NCBI GenBank assembly: GCA_034667685.1
Contig: JAXDQU010000086.1
Span: 1-19,688, forward strand
Source: Thermoplasmata archaeon
GTDB lineage: Archaea > Thermoplasmatota > SW-10-69-26 > JACQPN01 > JAJPHT01
Length of the DNA stretch: 19,688 nt
Direction of reading: 5' to 3'
In this document: positions 1 to 8,201 of the stretch, in pieces
Layout: every line of letters starts with the position of its first letter
Position numbering within the stretch: position 1 is the stretch's first letter
Notes under the pieces: model-generated
What the model was told of the DNA's origin: nothing
Databases searched by the model: none
What the model saw: the letters and a program-made list of their open reading frames with translations, nothing else
Translations under genes and position numbers: made by a program

Positions 1-18
1 GATGTAACACCGGCGCGC

Positions 19-84
19 GCTCTGGGCTCTGGACTCAAGGCTCAGGGCTCCGGAGCCCTGAGCCGTGAGTCCAGAGCCCAGAGC
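19..84. repeat. 66-bp palindrome built from 7-bp tandem units (GCTCTGG-like / AGCCCAG-like)
   Basis: Positions 19-51 pair with 52-84 with a single mismatch (38/65). Arms read gctctgg gctctgg actcaag gctcagg gctccgg / agccctg agccgtg agtccag agcccag. Confidence 0.95.
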
Positions 85-137
85 CCCAACCAGGATCTCA
101 GCAGAACTTTCTTCCCCCCGGCGCGAATGGCGCGCGC

Positions 138-599
138 ATGCCCCCCGCGTTCCTCCAGGTCGCGATCCCCGTGCTCTACGTCTACGACGAGGGCACGCTC
201 CCGGAGGCGCCGCCCGGCTTCGACATGGGCCTGCTGCCCGTCATCAGCCGCGCGCTCAAGGAGCACGCCAACACGGGCAAGGTCACCGTCATCACCGGCG
301 CGCCCACGAGCGCCGACGACCTCTCGCGCGCCTTCACCAACCTCGGACTCCAGCACGCCACCATCCAGAAGGCGAGCCCCGAGGCGGGCAACCTCCTGGT
401 CGCGGAGTTCGTCGCGGACCACTTCGACGCCGACGCGGTGCTCGACCACCTCAAGCGCATCGTCGAGGAGCGCCAGAGGGAGCTCGCCGAGAGCGTCGAG
501 TCCCACCGCCGCCGCACCGCCGCGGGCGAGCCGGAGCCCGTCCCGGACGAGGCCGAGGACGAAGCTCCCGTCGACGAGGACGAGGGCAGCGGCGCGTGA
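138..599 (+). CDS. Hypothetical protein, 153 aa, acidic C-terminal tail
   Basis: Typical GC3-rich codons and globular-looking composition. An AT patch AACTTTCTT lies at 105-113, ~25-33 nt before the ATG. Overlapping frames are Arg/Ser/Pro-rich shadows. Confidence 0.8.
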   Translation: MPPAFLQVAIPVLYVYDEGTLPEAPPGFDMGLLPVISRALKEHANTGKVTVITGAPTSADDLSRAFTNLGLQHATIQKASPEAGNLLVAEFVADHFDADAVLDHLKRIVEERQRELAESVESHRRRTAAGEPEPVPDEAEDEAPVDEDEGSGA

Positions 600-667
600 T
601 CGTCCGCGCCGAAGGCGGCCCACGAGCGCGCCAACCTTCATGCTGGATCCCTCGCGATGCGCGCCCG

Positions 668-1255
668 ATGCGCGAAGTCGTCCTCGCCATGACCGGCGCC
701 AGCGGCACGCCGTACGGCGTGCGCTGCCTGGAGGAGCTGGCGAGGCATGAGCATCTGCGTACGCACCTGATCCTCACGCCCACGGCGGAGAAGCTGCTCG
801 CGTTCGAGTCGCGCGTCGAGGTGGAGAAGGTCAGGTCGCTCGCGGACGAGGTGCACCGCGTCGACGACTTCTTCGCGCCGGTGGCGTCGGGCTCGCACCG
901 CTTCCTGGGGATGCTCGTCTGTCCCGCGTCGATGAAGCACGTGGGGCTCATGGCGCACGGCATCGGCAGCGACCTCGTGGCGCGCACGGCGGACGTGTGC
1001 CTCAAGGAGCGCCGGCCGCTCGTCATCGTGCCGCGCGAGACGCCCCTCTCGCTGATCCACCTGCGCAACCTGACGACGCTCGCGGAGGCCGGCGCGCACA
1101 TCGTCCCTGCGATGCCGGGCTTCTACACGCTGCCCCAGACCGTGGATGATATCATCAACCACGTCGCGGGCAAGGCGCTCGACGCGCTGGGCGTGGAGCA
1201 CCACCTCTACCCGCGCTGGAAGGAGCGCGGCGATCTCGCGGGGATGGAACGATAG
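668..1255 (+). CDS. ubiX: Flavin prenyltransferase UbiX
   Basis: MREVVLAMTGASG start, APVASGS, RTADVCLKERRPLVIVPRETPLSLIHLRN and PAMPGFY are hallmark UbiX motifs. Start placed at ATG 668 rather than 65. Confidence 0.95.
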   Translation: MREVVLAMTGASGTPYGVRCLEELARHEHLRTHLILTPTAEKLLAFESRVEVEKVRSLADEVHRVDDFFAPVASGSHRFLGMLVCPASMKHVGLMAHGIGSDLVARTADVCLKERRPLVIVPRETPLSLIHLRNLTTLAEAGAHIVPAMPGFYTLPQTVDDIINHVAGKALDALGVEHHLYPRWKERGDLAGMER

Positions 1256-1261
1256 CAGCAC

Positions 1262-1448
1262 CCTCAGCCCAAGCCTTAGCCTCGGCCTTAGCCTCAGCCC
1301 CAGCCTATAGCCCCGACACCACCAGCCACAGAGGACACAGAGGTCACAGAGGCGGGTTTTCTCGCTCCTCCGTGTCCTCTGTGGCTGGAGGAGTCGAGGC
1401 CAGGGCTGAGGCTAAGGCTGAGGCTAAGGCTAAGGCTAAGGCCGAGGC
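1262..1448. repeat. Composite ~190-bp palindrome: 6-bp-unit outer arms (CCTYAG / CTRAGG) enclosing a 9-bp-unit inner element (CACAGAGGA / TCCTCTGTG)
   Basis: 1262-1300 matches the reverse complement of 1403-1441 at 35/39 positions. Inner CCAGCCACAGAGGACAC (1322-1338) is the perfect reverse complement of 1372-1388. Lies between convergent genes. Confidence 0.95.
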
Positions 1449-2438
1449 TCAGGCCGGGGCCGAGGCCCGGGACCTGCGCGCCACGAGCGCCACCACCGCA
1501 ATGCCCGCCAGCACGGACGCGATCCCGGGCCCCGGGATGCCGTTGCTGCGCACGACGGGCGCGTCGGCCCACGTGTCGTAGACCTGCACCTGGTAGTCGG
1601 ACTCGCGCGTCCAGTTGGGGCGCACGAGCCAGAACGTGTCGCGCTGCGAGAACTGGCCATCGCCGTCCTTGTCGGCGAACGTGAAGCTGAACCCGCCGTC
1701 CTCCTGCGGGCCGCCGCCCATGCGGAAGGTCGCGATGCGCGCGTGCGTGGCGCCGTCGAGCACGCGCACCTCGAGGTCCGCGAGGCTCGCGTTCTGCGAG
1801 ACGTCCTCCGCCTCCCACGTCATGTTGCCCTCGTAGAGGTACGTGTAGTTGCGCGCGGTGAGCGCGGCGCGGGCGGTGGCCTCGGGCATGTGGAAGCCGG
1901 CGCGCGTGCCGTACGTCGCGTTCGCGGTGAGGTTGCCGTTGGGGCTGTGCAGCTCGACGTGCGTGACGCGGTCGCGCCGGTCGGCGGTGATCACGATGCC
2001 CCCGATGCTCGCGTTGGTGCCGCTGAACGTGGCGATGACGTCGTTGCCCTTCCCATGCGCGGAGGTCACGTTGGTCTGGTTGAGCGCGGCGAGCGGCGCG
2101 CCGAAGCGGCTTCCGTCGAGCGGGCAGGGGCCGGGGCGCTGGAGCGTGGGCACGCCGCCCACGATGCGCACGACCTGGTCGCCCTTGCAATAGATATCGA
2201 ACGCGATGGGCCCGTAGGTCAGGTTGAAGTGGCGCGTGCCGTCGCGCGCGACGTCGTAGGTGAACGGGACGCTGTAGCCATTCGACGAGACGGTGCCGTT
2301 GAGGTGCGCGAGCGTGCCGCCCGTGGGGCCGATCTCGGCGGGGAAGTCGTCCAGCGCGCGGCGGGCGCGCTCCTCGGGCGTGCCGGTGATGCAGCCCGCG
2401 AGGAGGACGAAGGCCAGGGCGAGGGCGGGGGGACGCAC
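1449..2438 (-). CDS. Cell-surface lipoprotein with PGF-CTERM-like C-terminal sorting tail
   Basis: N-terminal hydrophobic stretch with lipobox LAGC; many N-x-T/S sequons; DKDGDG Ca-binding-like motif; C-terminal IPGPG + hydrophobic helix + RRSR. Confidence 0.85.
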   Translation of the reverse strand: MRPPALALAFVLLAGCITGTPEERARRALDDFPAEIGPTGGTLAHLNGTVSSNGYSVPFTYDVARDGTRHFNLTYGPIAFDIYCKGDQVVRIVGGVPTLQRPGPCPLDGSRFGAPLAALNQTNVTSAHGKGNDVIATFSGTNASIGGIVITADRRDRVTHVELHSPNGNLTANATYGTRAGFHMPEATARAALTARNYTYLYEGNMTWEAEDVSQNASLADLEVRVLDGATHARIATFRMGGGPQEDGGFSFTFADKDGDGQFSQRDTFWLVRPNWTRESDYQVQVYDTWADAPVVRSNGIPGPGIASVLAGIAVVALVARRSRASAPA

Positions 2439-2468
2439 GGGGGCTGGAGGCGGCGCGCGTGCTTCAGC

Positions 2469-3761
2469 TCAGTGGTGGATCAGCGCGGCGAGGTGCGCGA
2501 TCGGGTGCTCCACGATGTCCTGCGCGGCCTCGCGGAAGTAGAGCACGAGCGCGACGGTCCAGGCGAACTTGATCGCGTTGCCCACCGCCATCCCGCCCAT
2601 GTATTTGCGGAACTTCATGCCCGAGACGGCAAAGACGTAGAACACCACGTCGGGGATCAGCGGCAGCGCGTTGAGGATGACGAGCAGCGCGAAGCCGCGC
2701 TTCTCCGCGTTGCGGTTGAGCCAGTCGACGGCGCGCTTCATGCGCGGGCTCTTCTTCGTCTTCTTGTTGATCTCGTGGTTGAGCGAGTCGCCCAGGAGGT
2801 AGACGAGCCAGCATCCCACGAGGCGGCCCACGAAGGACGCCGCGATGGCGACCGTCGCGAGGAGCACCGTCGCGTTGACGATGGCGAGGATGAGGAGAAC
2901 CTCGCTGGGAAGCGGGACGCCCAGCGTGCCCAGCACGTTGGCGCCGCCGTTCTTGAGCACGCTGACCCACGGCGTCATGAGGCTCCAGCCGAACGTGACG
3001 TCGGCGATGGCCAGCGCGAACGTGGCGACGAGGATCGTGGCCGCGATGGCGATGGTGGCCAGGAAGAGCAGCACGCCCTTCTCCTCGTTGGTGAGCCTGG
3101 TCGGGTCGCGCACGCCCTTGCGCATCACGCGCCGGCCCGTGCGTCCTCCGAGCGCGGCGCCCGTGGCGAGGCTGCGCTGCACGATGGCGTCCGGGATCGT
3201 GACCGAGCCGCGCATCACCTTGTGGAGCGTGCGGACGCCGGCCATGCCGACCTTGGCCTGGACCTTGATCGTGACGTGGCGGAAGCGCGCCCACGCGCCG
3301 GTGCCGTGCGCTCCCTCGCGGCGGCGCTGGAGGCTCGCGGTGAGCTTCGTGCGCAGGCGCGAGGCGAGCCGGTCGCTGAAGCGCTTCTCGCGGTCGATCA
3401 GCTCCTGCATGAAGCGCTTCTGGACGGTGACCTTGACGTCGACGTTGATCAGGTCGTCGAGCGTGCTCTCCAGGTCGATGCCCGGGTCGATGGAGACGAC
3501 CGTGCTGAACGTGACGCGCACGTCCTCGTCGATCTCCGTGTGGTGGTAGACGCAGTAGGCGCCCTCGCCCTTCGTCCGGCGCCGCGGCGGGCTCCCCTCG
3601 ATGACGTCGCGCCAGTGGTAGGGGACGTACTGGATGCCCGGGTGCGGGTGGCGGCCGCGCTTGACCGACGTGACGACGTTGACGATCCCGAAGCTCGGCT
3701 CGACGTTGACCGCGACCGGCTCGGCGCGTCCGGGCGATGCGGCCTCCACGGGCGCGTCCAC
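2469..3761 (-). CDS. DedA/VTT (SNARE-associated) family membrane protein with long soluble N-terminal extension
   Basis: C-terminal half has LGVPLPSE, GRLVGCWLVYLLG, NALPLIPD and VSGMKFRKYMGG.AVGN, typical of DedA. The first ~228 aa are hydrophilic and unrecognised. Confidence 0.8.
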   Translation of the reverse strand: MDAPVEAASPGRAEPVAVNVEPSFGIVNVVTSVKRGRHPHPGIQYVPYHWRDVIEGSPPRRRTKGEGAYCVYHHTEIDEDVRVTFSTVVSIDPGIDLESTLDDLINVDVKVTVQKRFMQELIDREKRFSDRLASRLRTKLTASLQRRREGAHGTGAWARFRHVTIKVQAKVGMAGVRTLHKVMRGSVTIPDAIVQRSLATGAALGGRTGRRVMRKGVRDPTRLTNEEKGVLLFLATIAIAATILVATFALAIADVTFGWSLMTPWVSVLKNGGANVLGTLGVPLPSEVLLILAIVNATVLLATVAIAASFVGRLVGCWLVYLLGDSLNHEINKKTKKSPRMKRAVDWLNRNAEKRGFALLVILNALPLIPDVVFYVFAVSGMKFRKYMGGMAVGNAIKFAWTVALVLYFREAAQDIVEHPIAHLAALIHH

Positions 3762-3781
3762 GAAGCTGGGTAGGGATTGCC

Positions 3782-3797
3782 GAATAGAAACGTTTCG
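3782..3797 (-). promoter_or_regulatory. Putative BRE/TATA-like promoter of the DedA-family gene
   Basis: Minus strand GAAACGTTTCTATT, ~25-35 nt upstream of the GTG at 3761. Confidence 0.45.
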
Positions 3798-3806
3798 GCG
3801 ATGGTA

Positions 3807-4721
3807 CTAGGCAAGATCCGCGACCTCGTCGGCGCACCCCCACGAGAGCGTCATGCCGCTGCCGCCGTGCCCGTAGCAGTGGACCACGCGCCCCTCGCGC
3901 TCCAGCCGCACCGTGGGCCGGCCCGGCCGCAGCCCGACGGCGCGCCCGGTGACGCGGGCCTGCGCGACGCCCGGGACGAGCGCGGCGCACCGGCGCAGGA
4001 TGTCCGCCTCCGTCGCCGCGTCCGGGTGGAGGCGCCAGTCGCCCTCCTGCGCGGTGCCCCCCAGCACGACGTCACGCGAGCGCGGCACGACGTAGCTCAT
4101 GGTCGCCGGGTCGCTCACGATGCGCGCCAGGCCCGCGTTCTCGACGCGCACGACCTGACCGCGGATCGGGTACATCGTCTCGTCGCGCGCCGCCTCGCGT
4201 GCCCCCAATCCGGTGCAGTTCACGACGAGGCGGCCATCCTCCCGGGCGAGCGCCTGCACGTCGGCCACGTGCCCCGCCTCGAACGCGCCCCCCGCGGCCT
4301 CGAACGCGCGCTCCAGGTGGCGCAGGTAGACGGGCATCTCCGCGACGAAGGTGCGCGCCATCCAGCCCGCCGCGTGGCCGGGGGGAAGCTCGTCCGGACG
4401 CGCGGCGCGGAACCCCTCCATCACGGGCGCCCACCAGGGGGTCTCCGCGCCGGGCCGCGCGAGGTGGAGCGCCTCGGCGGGCCGGACGCCGCTTCCGGGG
4501 TCCTTCGCAAGCTCCGCCAGACGCGCCCGCGTCGCCAGGCCCCAGCGCAGGATGCGCGGGTCGGGCGCCATGCGCGAGGGGTAGAAGTAGGCCGCCGCGA
4601 CGTCGCTCGTGGTGCGGGGCGTGCGCGCCTCGGCGCGGATCGTGACGCGGCGCCCCGCCTCCTGCAACTTGAGGGCACAGGAGAGTCCGACGACGCCTGC
4701 CCCGACCACAAGCACGTCCAC
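3807..4721 (-). CDS. FAD-dependent oxidoreductase, D-amino-acid oxidase (DAO) family
   Basis: VLVVGAGVVGLS (FAD-binding), TTSDVAAA, VVNCTGLGA, YPIRGQV, VGLRPGR and HCYGHGGSGMTLSWGCA (DAAO signature). Start placed at GTG 4721. Confidence 0.9.
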   Translation of the reverse strand: MDVLVVGAGVVGLSCALKLQEAGRRVTIRAEARTPRTTSDVAAAYFYPSRMAPDPRILRWGLATRARLAELAKDPGSGVRPAEALHLARPGAETPWWAPVMEGFRAARPDELPPGHAAGWMARTFVAEMPVYLRHLERAFEAAGGAFEAGHVADVQALAREDGRLVVNCTGLGAREAARDETMYPIRGQVVRVENAGLARIVSDPATMSYVVPRSRDVVLGGTAQEGDWRLHPDAATEADILRRCAALVPGVAQARVTGRAVGLRPGRPTVRLEREGRVVHCYGHGGSGMTLSWGCADEVADLA

Positions 4722-4811
4722 GCGCGGGAAGGCGCGGACCCCCGCTTGGCGCTTCTCCCATCCATGCCCTTGCGAAAACGAAAAAGCCCTGGCGCGACGC
4801 TCGAACCGTCC

Positions 4812-5561
4812 GTGAAGCGCGTCCTGCTCTTCGACCTGGTGGGGACCCTCGTCGACGAGGCGAGCGACTACGAATCGCTGGATGCCGCCTTCGAGGCCGC
4901 GCGCGAGCGGTTCCGCATCCCCGACGAGGCGAGCGCGCTCTCGGGCGACTTCTCGCTCGCATTGATGGAGATCCTCCGCGGCGAGGACCCGGACGGCGAG
5001 ACGCCCGGGACCGGCCCCGCCAGCGAGTTCGTCCCCTTCGAGGAGGCCGCGAAGGAGATCTTTCGCGCGGTCCTGGAGGTCCGGGGCGTCGAGGCGACCG
5101 AGGCGGACGCGGCGTGGTTCTGGGCCACCTTCGTCGCCACGCAGCGGCGCACCATCCGCCTGCACGCCGACGCCGAGCAGGCCCTCGCCTGGGCGCGCGC
5201 GAAAGGCTATCAGATCTGGGTCCTCACCGACGCGGACCCGTACTTCCTGCGCGACGTGCTCGCGGGCACGGGCCTCGCGGAGCGCTGGGACGGCGTCGTC
5301 ACCGCGGCCGAGGCCGGCTACCCCAAGCCCGACCCGCGCCTCTTCCTGCACGCGCTCTCCCGCGCCGGGGCGTTGCCCGCCGACGCGATCATGGTGGGCG
5401 ACTCCTACGAGCGCGACCTCCTGGGCGCCCGCGCCGCCGGCATCCACCGCGCCGTGCTGGTCGACCGCCACCGCGCCCGCACCGTCGACGACGTGCCGGT
5501 CATCACGAGCCTGGCGGCGCTGCCGTCTGCGCTGGCAAGGCTGGCGCCGAGCCTGAACTAG
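4812..5561 (+). CDS. HAD-superfamily hydrolase (subfamily IA-like)
   Basis: Motif I FDLVGTLVD, motif II VLTD, motif III YPKPDP, motif IV MVGDSYERDL. GTG 4812 follows an A-rich patch at ~4775-4785; ATG 4764 is an alternative start. Confidence 0.9.
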   Translation: MKRVLLFDLVGTLVDEASDYESLDAAFEAARERFRIPDEASALSGDFSLALMEILRGEDPDGETPGTGPASEFVPFEEAAKEIFRAVLEVRGVEATEADAAWFWATFVATQRRTIRLHADAEQALAWARAKGYQIWVLTDADPYFLRDVLAGTGLAERWDGVVTAAEAGYPKPDPRLFLHALSRAGALPADAIMVGDSYERDLLGARAAGIHRAVLVDRHRARTVDDVPVITSLAALPSALARLAPSLN

Positions 5562-6132
5562 CCTCCCACATGCCGTTGAGACGGCTCTGCGTGAGGCCGA
5601 CGACGACCAGCGCGACCGCGACGCCCACGAAGCCGACCCAGAGGCCGGCGACCTCGCCGAGGATCGAGAGGGAGACGAGGTAGGAGGGACGCAGGGGGAT
5701 CCGTACGCCGCGCGCCCGCTCGTCGTCGGAGGTGATCCGCCAGATGCGCCAGTTGCCCAGGAGCGACGCGCACGTGCCCAGCCCGAGGAGGACCAGCGCG
5801 GAGACGCCCAGGACGCCTGGCGCAGAGAGCCCGATGCGCGTCCTGCCGCCGCCGGCGATGGCGTCCGCCCCGACGAAGACGAACGCGGCCACGGTGGCGA
5901 CGAAGCCGACGATCAGGACGCCGCGGATGTCGCGCCGGCCCGCGAACCGCTCGACCTCGCGCGCGACGCGCAGCTTCCAGACGATGCCGTAGATGCCCAG
6001 CGTGACGAGGCAAAGGAAAGGGGTGATCCAGGGGGAGCGGACCGTGCCCAGCGGGCGCTCGGCGCCGCAGCCCGGACAACGCTCCCCGCCGGGGGGAAAC
6101 AGAGCCCCACAAGCATCGCACACGCGAGCCAT
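5503..6132 (-). CDS. Zinc-ribbon plus DUF4234-like membrane protein
   Basis: N-terminal CDAC...CPGC, then RSPW...LVTLGIYGIVW and TQSRLNGMW with about four hydrophobic helices. Overlaps the HAD 3' end convergently by 59 nt. Confidence 0.75.
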   Translation of the reverse strand: MARVCDACGALFPPGGERCPGCGAERPLGTVRSPWITPFLCLVTLGIYGIVWKLRVAREVERFAGRRDIRGVLIVGFVATVAAFVFVGADAIAGGGRTRIGLSAPGVLGVSALVLLGLGTCASLLGNWRIWRITSDDERARGVRIPLRPSYLVSLSILGEVAGLWVGFVGVAVALVVVGLTQSRLNGMWEASSGSAPALPAQTAAPPGS

Positions 6133-6173
6133 GCGCGCGTTACGCTCCCGGAGCTTGATGAACGTATGCGTGC

Positions 6174-6791
6174 TCAGCGTTTCTTCCACGCCGCCACGGT
6201 CTGCACGAAGCGCTCGTGGACGCGCGTGTCGGAGGTCAGCTCGGGGTGAAACGCGATGGCGTAGCGGTTGCCCTGCTGCGCGGCGATGGTGAAGTCGCCC
6301 AGGCTGCCCAGCGGCTCGCAGGCGCCCCAGGTGCGCGTGACGCCCGGCGCGCGGATGAAGACGCCCGGCACGGGGACGTCGTACCCTTTGATATCAAGCG
6401 CGGCCTCGAAGCTCTCGCGCTGGCGGCCGAAGGCGTTGCGGTTGACGGCCATGTCCATGAGGCCCAGGAGGCGCGTGTCGGTCTTCTCGACCTGGCCGTC
6501 CCCCTCCTTCGCGAGGAGGATCATGCCGGCGCAGGTGCCCAGGATCGGGAAGTCCTCGTCGCGCGCGCGCTGGACGAGCAGGTCGTGCAGGTCGAAGGCG
6601 CGCAGCAGCTTCGAGATCGTCGTGCTCTCGCCCCCGGGCATGACGAGGCCGTCGAGCGCCGCCAGGTCCGCGCGCCGGCGCACCGTCTCCGCGTTGCCCG
6701 CGATCGCCTGGTTCGCCAGCGCCCGCTGGATCGCGTCGACGTGCTCGCTGAACGCGCCCTGGAGGCCGAGGACCCCGATGCGGAGGCTCAC
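6174..6791 (-). CDS. pdxT: Pyridoxal 5'-phosphate synthase glutaminase subunit PdxT
   Basis: IGVLGLQGAFSEH, PGGESTT, GTCAGMILL, RNAFGRQRESFE, FIRAP, FHPEL. Start placed at GTG 6791 (the track gives 6860). Confidence 0.97.
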   Translation of the reverse strand: MSLRIGVLGLQGAFSEHVDAIQRALANQAIAGNAETVRRRADLAALDGLVMPGGESTTISKLLRAFDLHDLLVQRARDEDFPILGTCAGMILLAKEGDGQVEKTDTRLLGLMDMAVNRNAFGRQRESFEAALDIKGYDVPVPGVFIRAPGVTRTWGACEPLGSLGDFTIAAQQGNRYAIAFHPELTSDTRVHERFVQTVAAWKKR

Positions 6792-6887
6792 GCGCGCCGA
6801 TCCCGGCTCCTGGGCTTGAGCGTATTCCCTCTTCGGTGGATCATTTGAGCCAAAAGGCATTTGGCCTCCGAGACGGCCTGGCGAGCG

Positions 6888-7031
6888 ATGACCACCCGCC
6901 TTTGCGCGCGCTGCGGCCGCGAGAAGACCATCAAGGGCGTGTGGTACCTGACGCCGGCGAACCCCGGCGCGACGCCGTTCGTGTGCGAGGCCTGCTATTC
7001 CCTGGCCCCCGCCATGAACGCGCGCGCCTGA
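6888..7031 (+). CDS. 47-aa small zinc-finger protein (not in ORF track)
   Basis: Hand translation MTTRLCARCGREKTIKGVWYLTPANPGATPFVCEACYSLAPAMNARA* has two CxxC motifs and GC3-rich codons. An AT patch AAAAGGCATTT lies ~25-35 nt upstream, and the stop abuts the stop of the opposing gene. Confidence 0.8.
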   Translation: MTTRLCARCGREKTIKGVWYLTPANPGATPFVCEACYSLAPAMNARA

Positions 7032-7418
7032 TCAGTCCAGCATCCGCGCCCGCAGCTCGGGCGTGGGGACGAGGCACGCTTCGCCCGCGATGCGATGGCG
7101 GTGCCGCGCGACCCAGCCATATGCTGCGTCGCGCAGCGGGCGCGGCACGACGAAGCCGAGCGCGGCGAGCCACGACCACGGCCATCGCAGCCCGAGGCCG
7201 ATGCGCAGCGCCGCGGTGGAGCGCACGAACGCGCGGTCGCCCTCCACGAGGACCACCGTCGTCACCGTCTCGGGCAGCCCGCGCTCGCGCAGGAGCCGCC
7301 GCCCGGTCTCGGACTGGAGCGAGGCAAAACGATATCGCGCCTTCGGGTCGCGGCGGAACGCGAACTGGACGCCGCGCGAGCAGAAGCCGCACTCGCCGTC
7401 GTAGAGGATCACGCTCAT
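7032..7418 (-). CDS. DCC1-like thiol-disulfide oxidoreductase family protein (DUF393)
   Basis: ILYDGECGFC (DxxCxxC), RFASLQSETG, RSTAALRI and RDAAYGWVARHRHR. Start overlaps the SDR stop (ATGA). Confidence 0.92.
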   Translation of the reverse strand: MSVILYDGECGFCSRGVQFAFRRDPKARYRFASLQSETGRRLLRERGLPETVTTVVLVEGDRAFVRSTAALRIGLGLRWPWSWLAALGFVVPRPLRDAAYGWVARHRHRIAGEACLVPTPELRARMLD

Positions 7419-8158
7419 TGCGCGGTCCAGCCGCCGTCCACGGGCAGCGCCGCGCCGGTGAGGTAGGCCGCCTCGTCGCTGGCGAGGAACGCCACGAGCG
7501 CCGCGACCTCCTCGGGCTTGCCAAGCCGGCCGGCGGGCACGCGCGCGACGTAGCCGTCCATGACCTTCTGGTTCTCGGCGCCCACGCGCCGCGACATGGG
7601 CGTGTCGGTCCAGCCGGGACAGACGGCGTTGACGCGGACGTTCTTGCGCGCGTACTCGGCCGCCGCGGTGCGCGTCAGGCCCACGACGCCGTGCTTGGCC
7701 GCGCTGTACGCGATGGCGCCCTGGTTCGCCACGAGGCCCGCGACGCTCGCCGTGTTGACGATCGAGCCTCCGCCCGCGGCGACCATCGCGGGGATCTCGT
7801 GCTTCAGCCCGAGGAAGACGCCCTTGAGGTTGATCGCGATCACGCGGTCGAAGTCGTCGGCCGACACGTCCACGAGCTTGCCCAGCGGCCCTTCCCAGCC
7901 GGCGTTGTTGTGCGCCACGTCGAGCCTCCCCCAGCGCCGCTGCGCCTCGGCCACGGCCGCCTTGATATCATCCTCGCGCGTCACGTCGCAGCGGACGAAC
8001 GCGCCGCCGATCGCCAGCGCGACCTCCTCGCCCGCCTTCTCGTCCACGTCCGCGACGACCACGCGCGCGCCCTCCGCGGCGAGCCGCATGGCGCTGGCGC
8101 GGCCGATGCCCGACGCGGCGCCAGTGACGAGCGCGACCTTCCCTGCGAGACGAGACAT
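7415..8158 (-). CDS. Classical short-chain dehydrogenase/reductase (NAD-preferring)
   Basis: TGAASGIG, acidic VVADV after beta-2, NNAG, YSAAK catalytic motif, NAVCPG, VDGG. Confidence 0.95.
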   Translation of the reverse strand: MSRLAGKVALVTGAASGIGRASAMRLAAEGARVVVADVDEKAGEEVALAIGGAFVRCDVTREDDIKAAVAEAQRRWGRLDVAHNNAGWEGPLGKLVDVSADDFDRVIAINLKGVFLGLKHEIPAMVAAGGGSIVNTASVAGLVANQGAIAYSAAKHGVVGLTRTAAAEYARKNVRVNAVCPGWTDTPMSRRVGAENQKVMDGYVARVPAGRLGKPEEVAALVAFLASDEAAYLTGAALPVDGGWTAQ

Positions 8159-8201
8159 GGCCCCGAGAGCGTGGTGCCGGGGAAAAAAGGAACGGGCTTC
8201 C

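Noticed and set aside
65-667. Long N-terminal extensions given by the ORF track for ubiX (also DAO, HAD, pdxS, MazG-like and nfo)
   Set aside because: The extensions are low-complexity, overlap other genes or repeats, and family motifs begin at downstream starts preceded by promoter-like patches.
1372-1581. 69-aa ORF with AEAKAEAKAKAK repeats
   Set aside because: It is a translation of the 6-bp repeat arm and runs antisense into the lipoprotein gene.
5503-5561. 59-nt convergent overlap between the HAD and DUF4234-like genes
   Set aside because: The overlapping tail is low-complexity, and such 3' overlaps are common in GC-rich genomes where stop codons are scarce.
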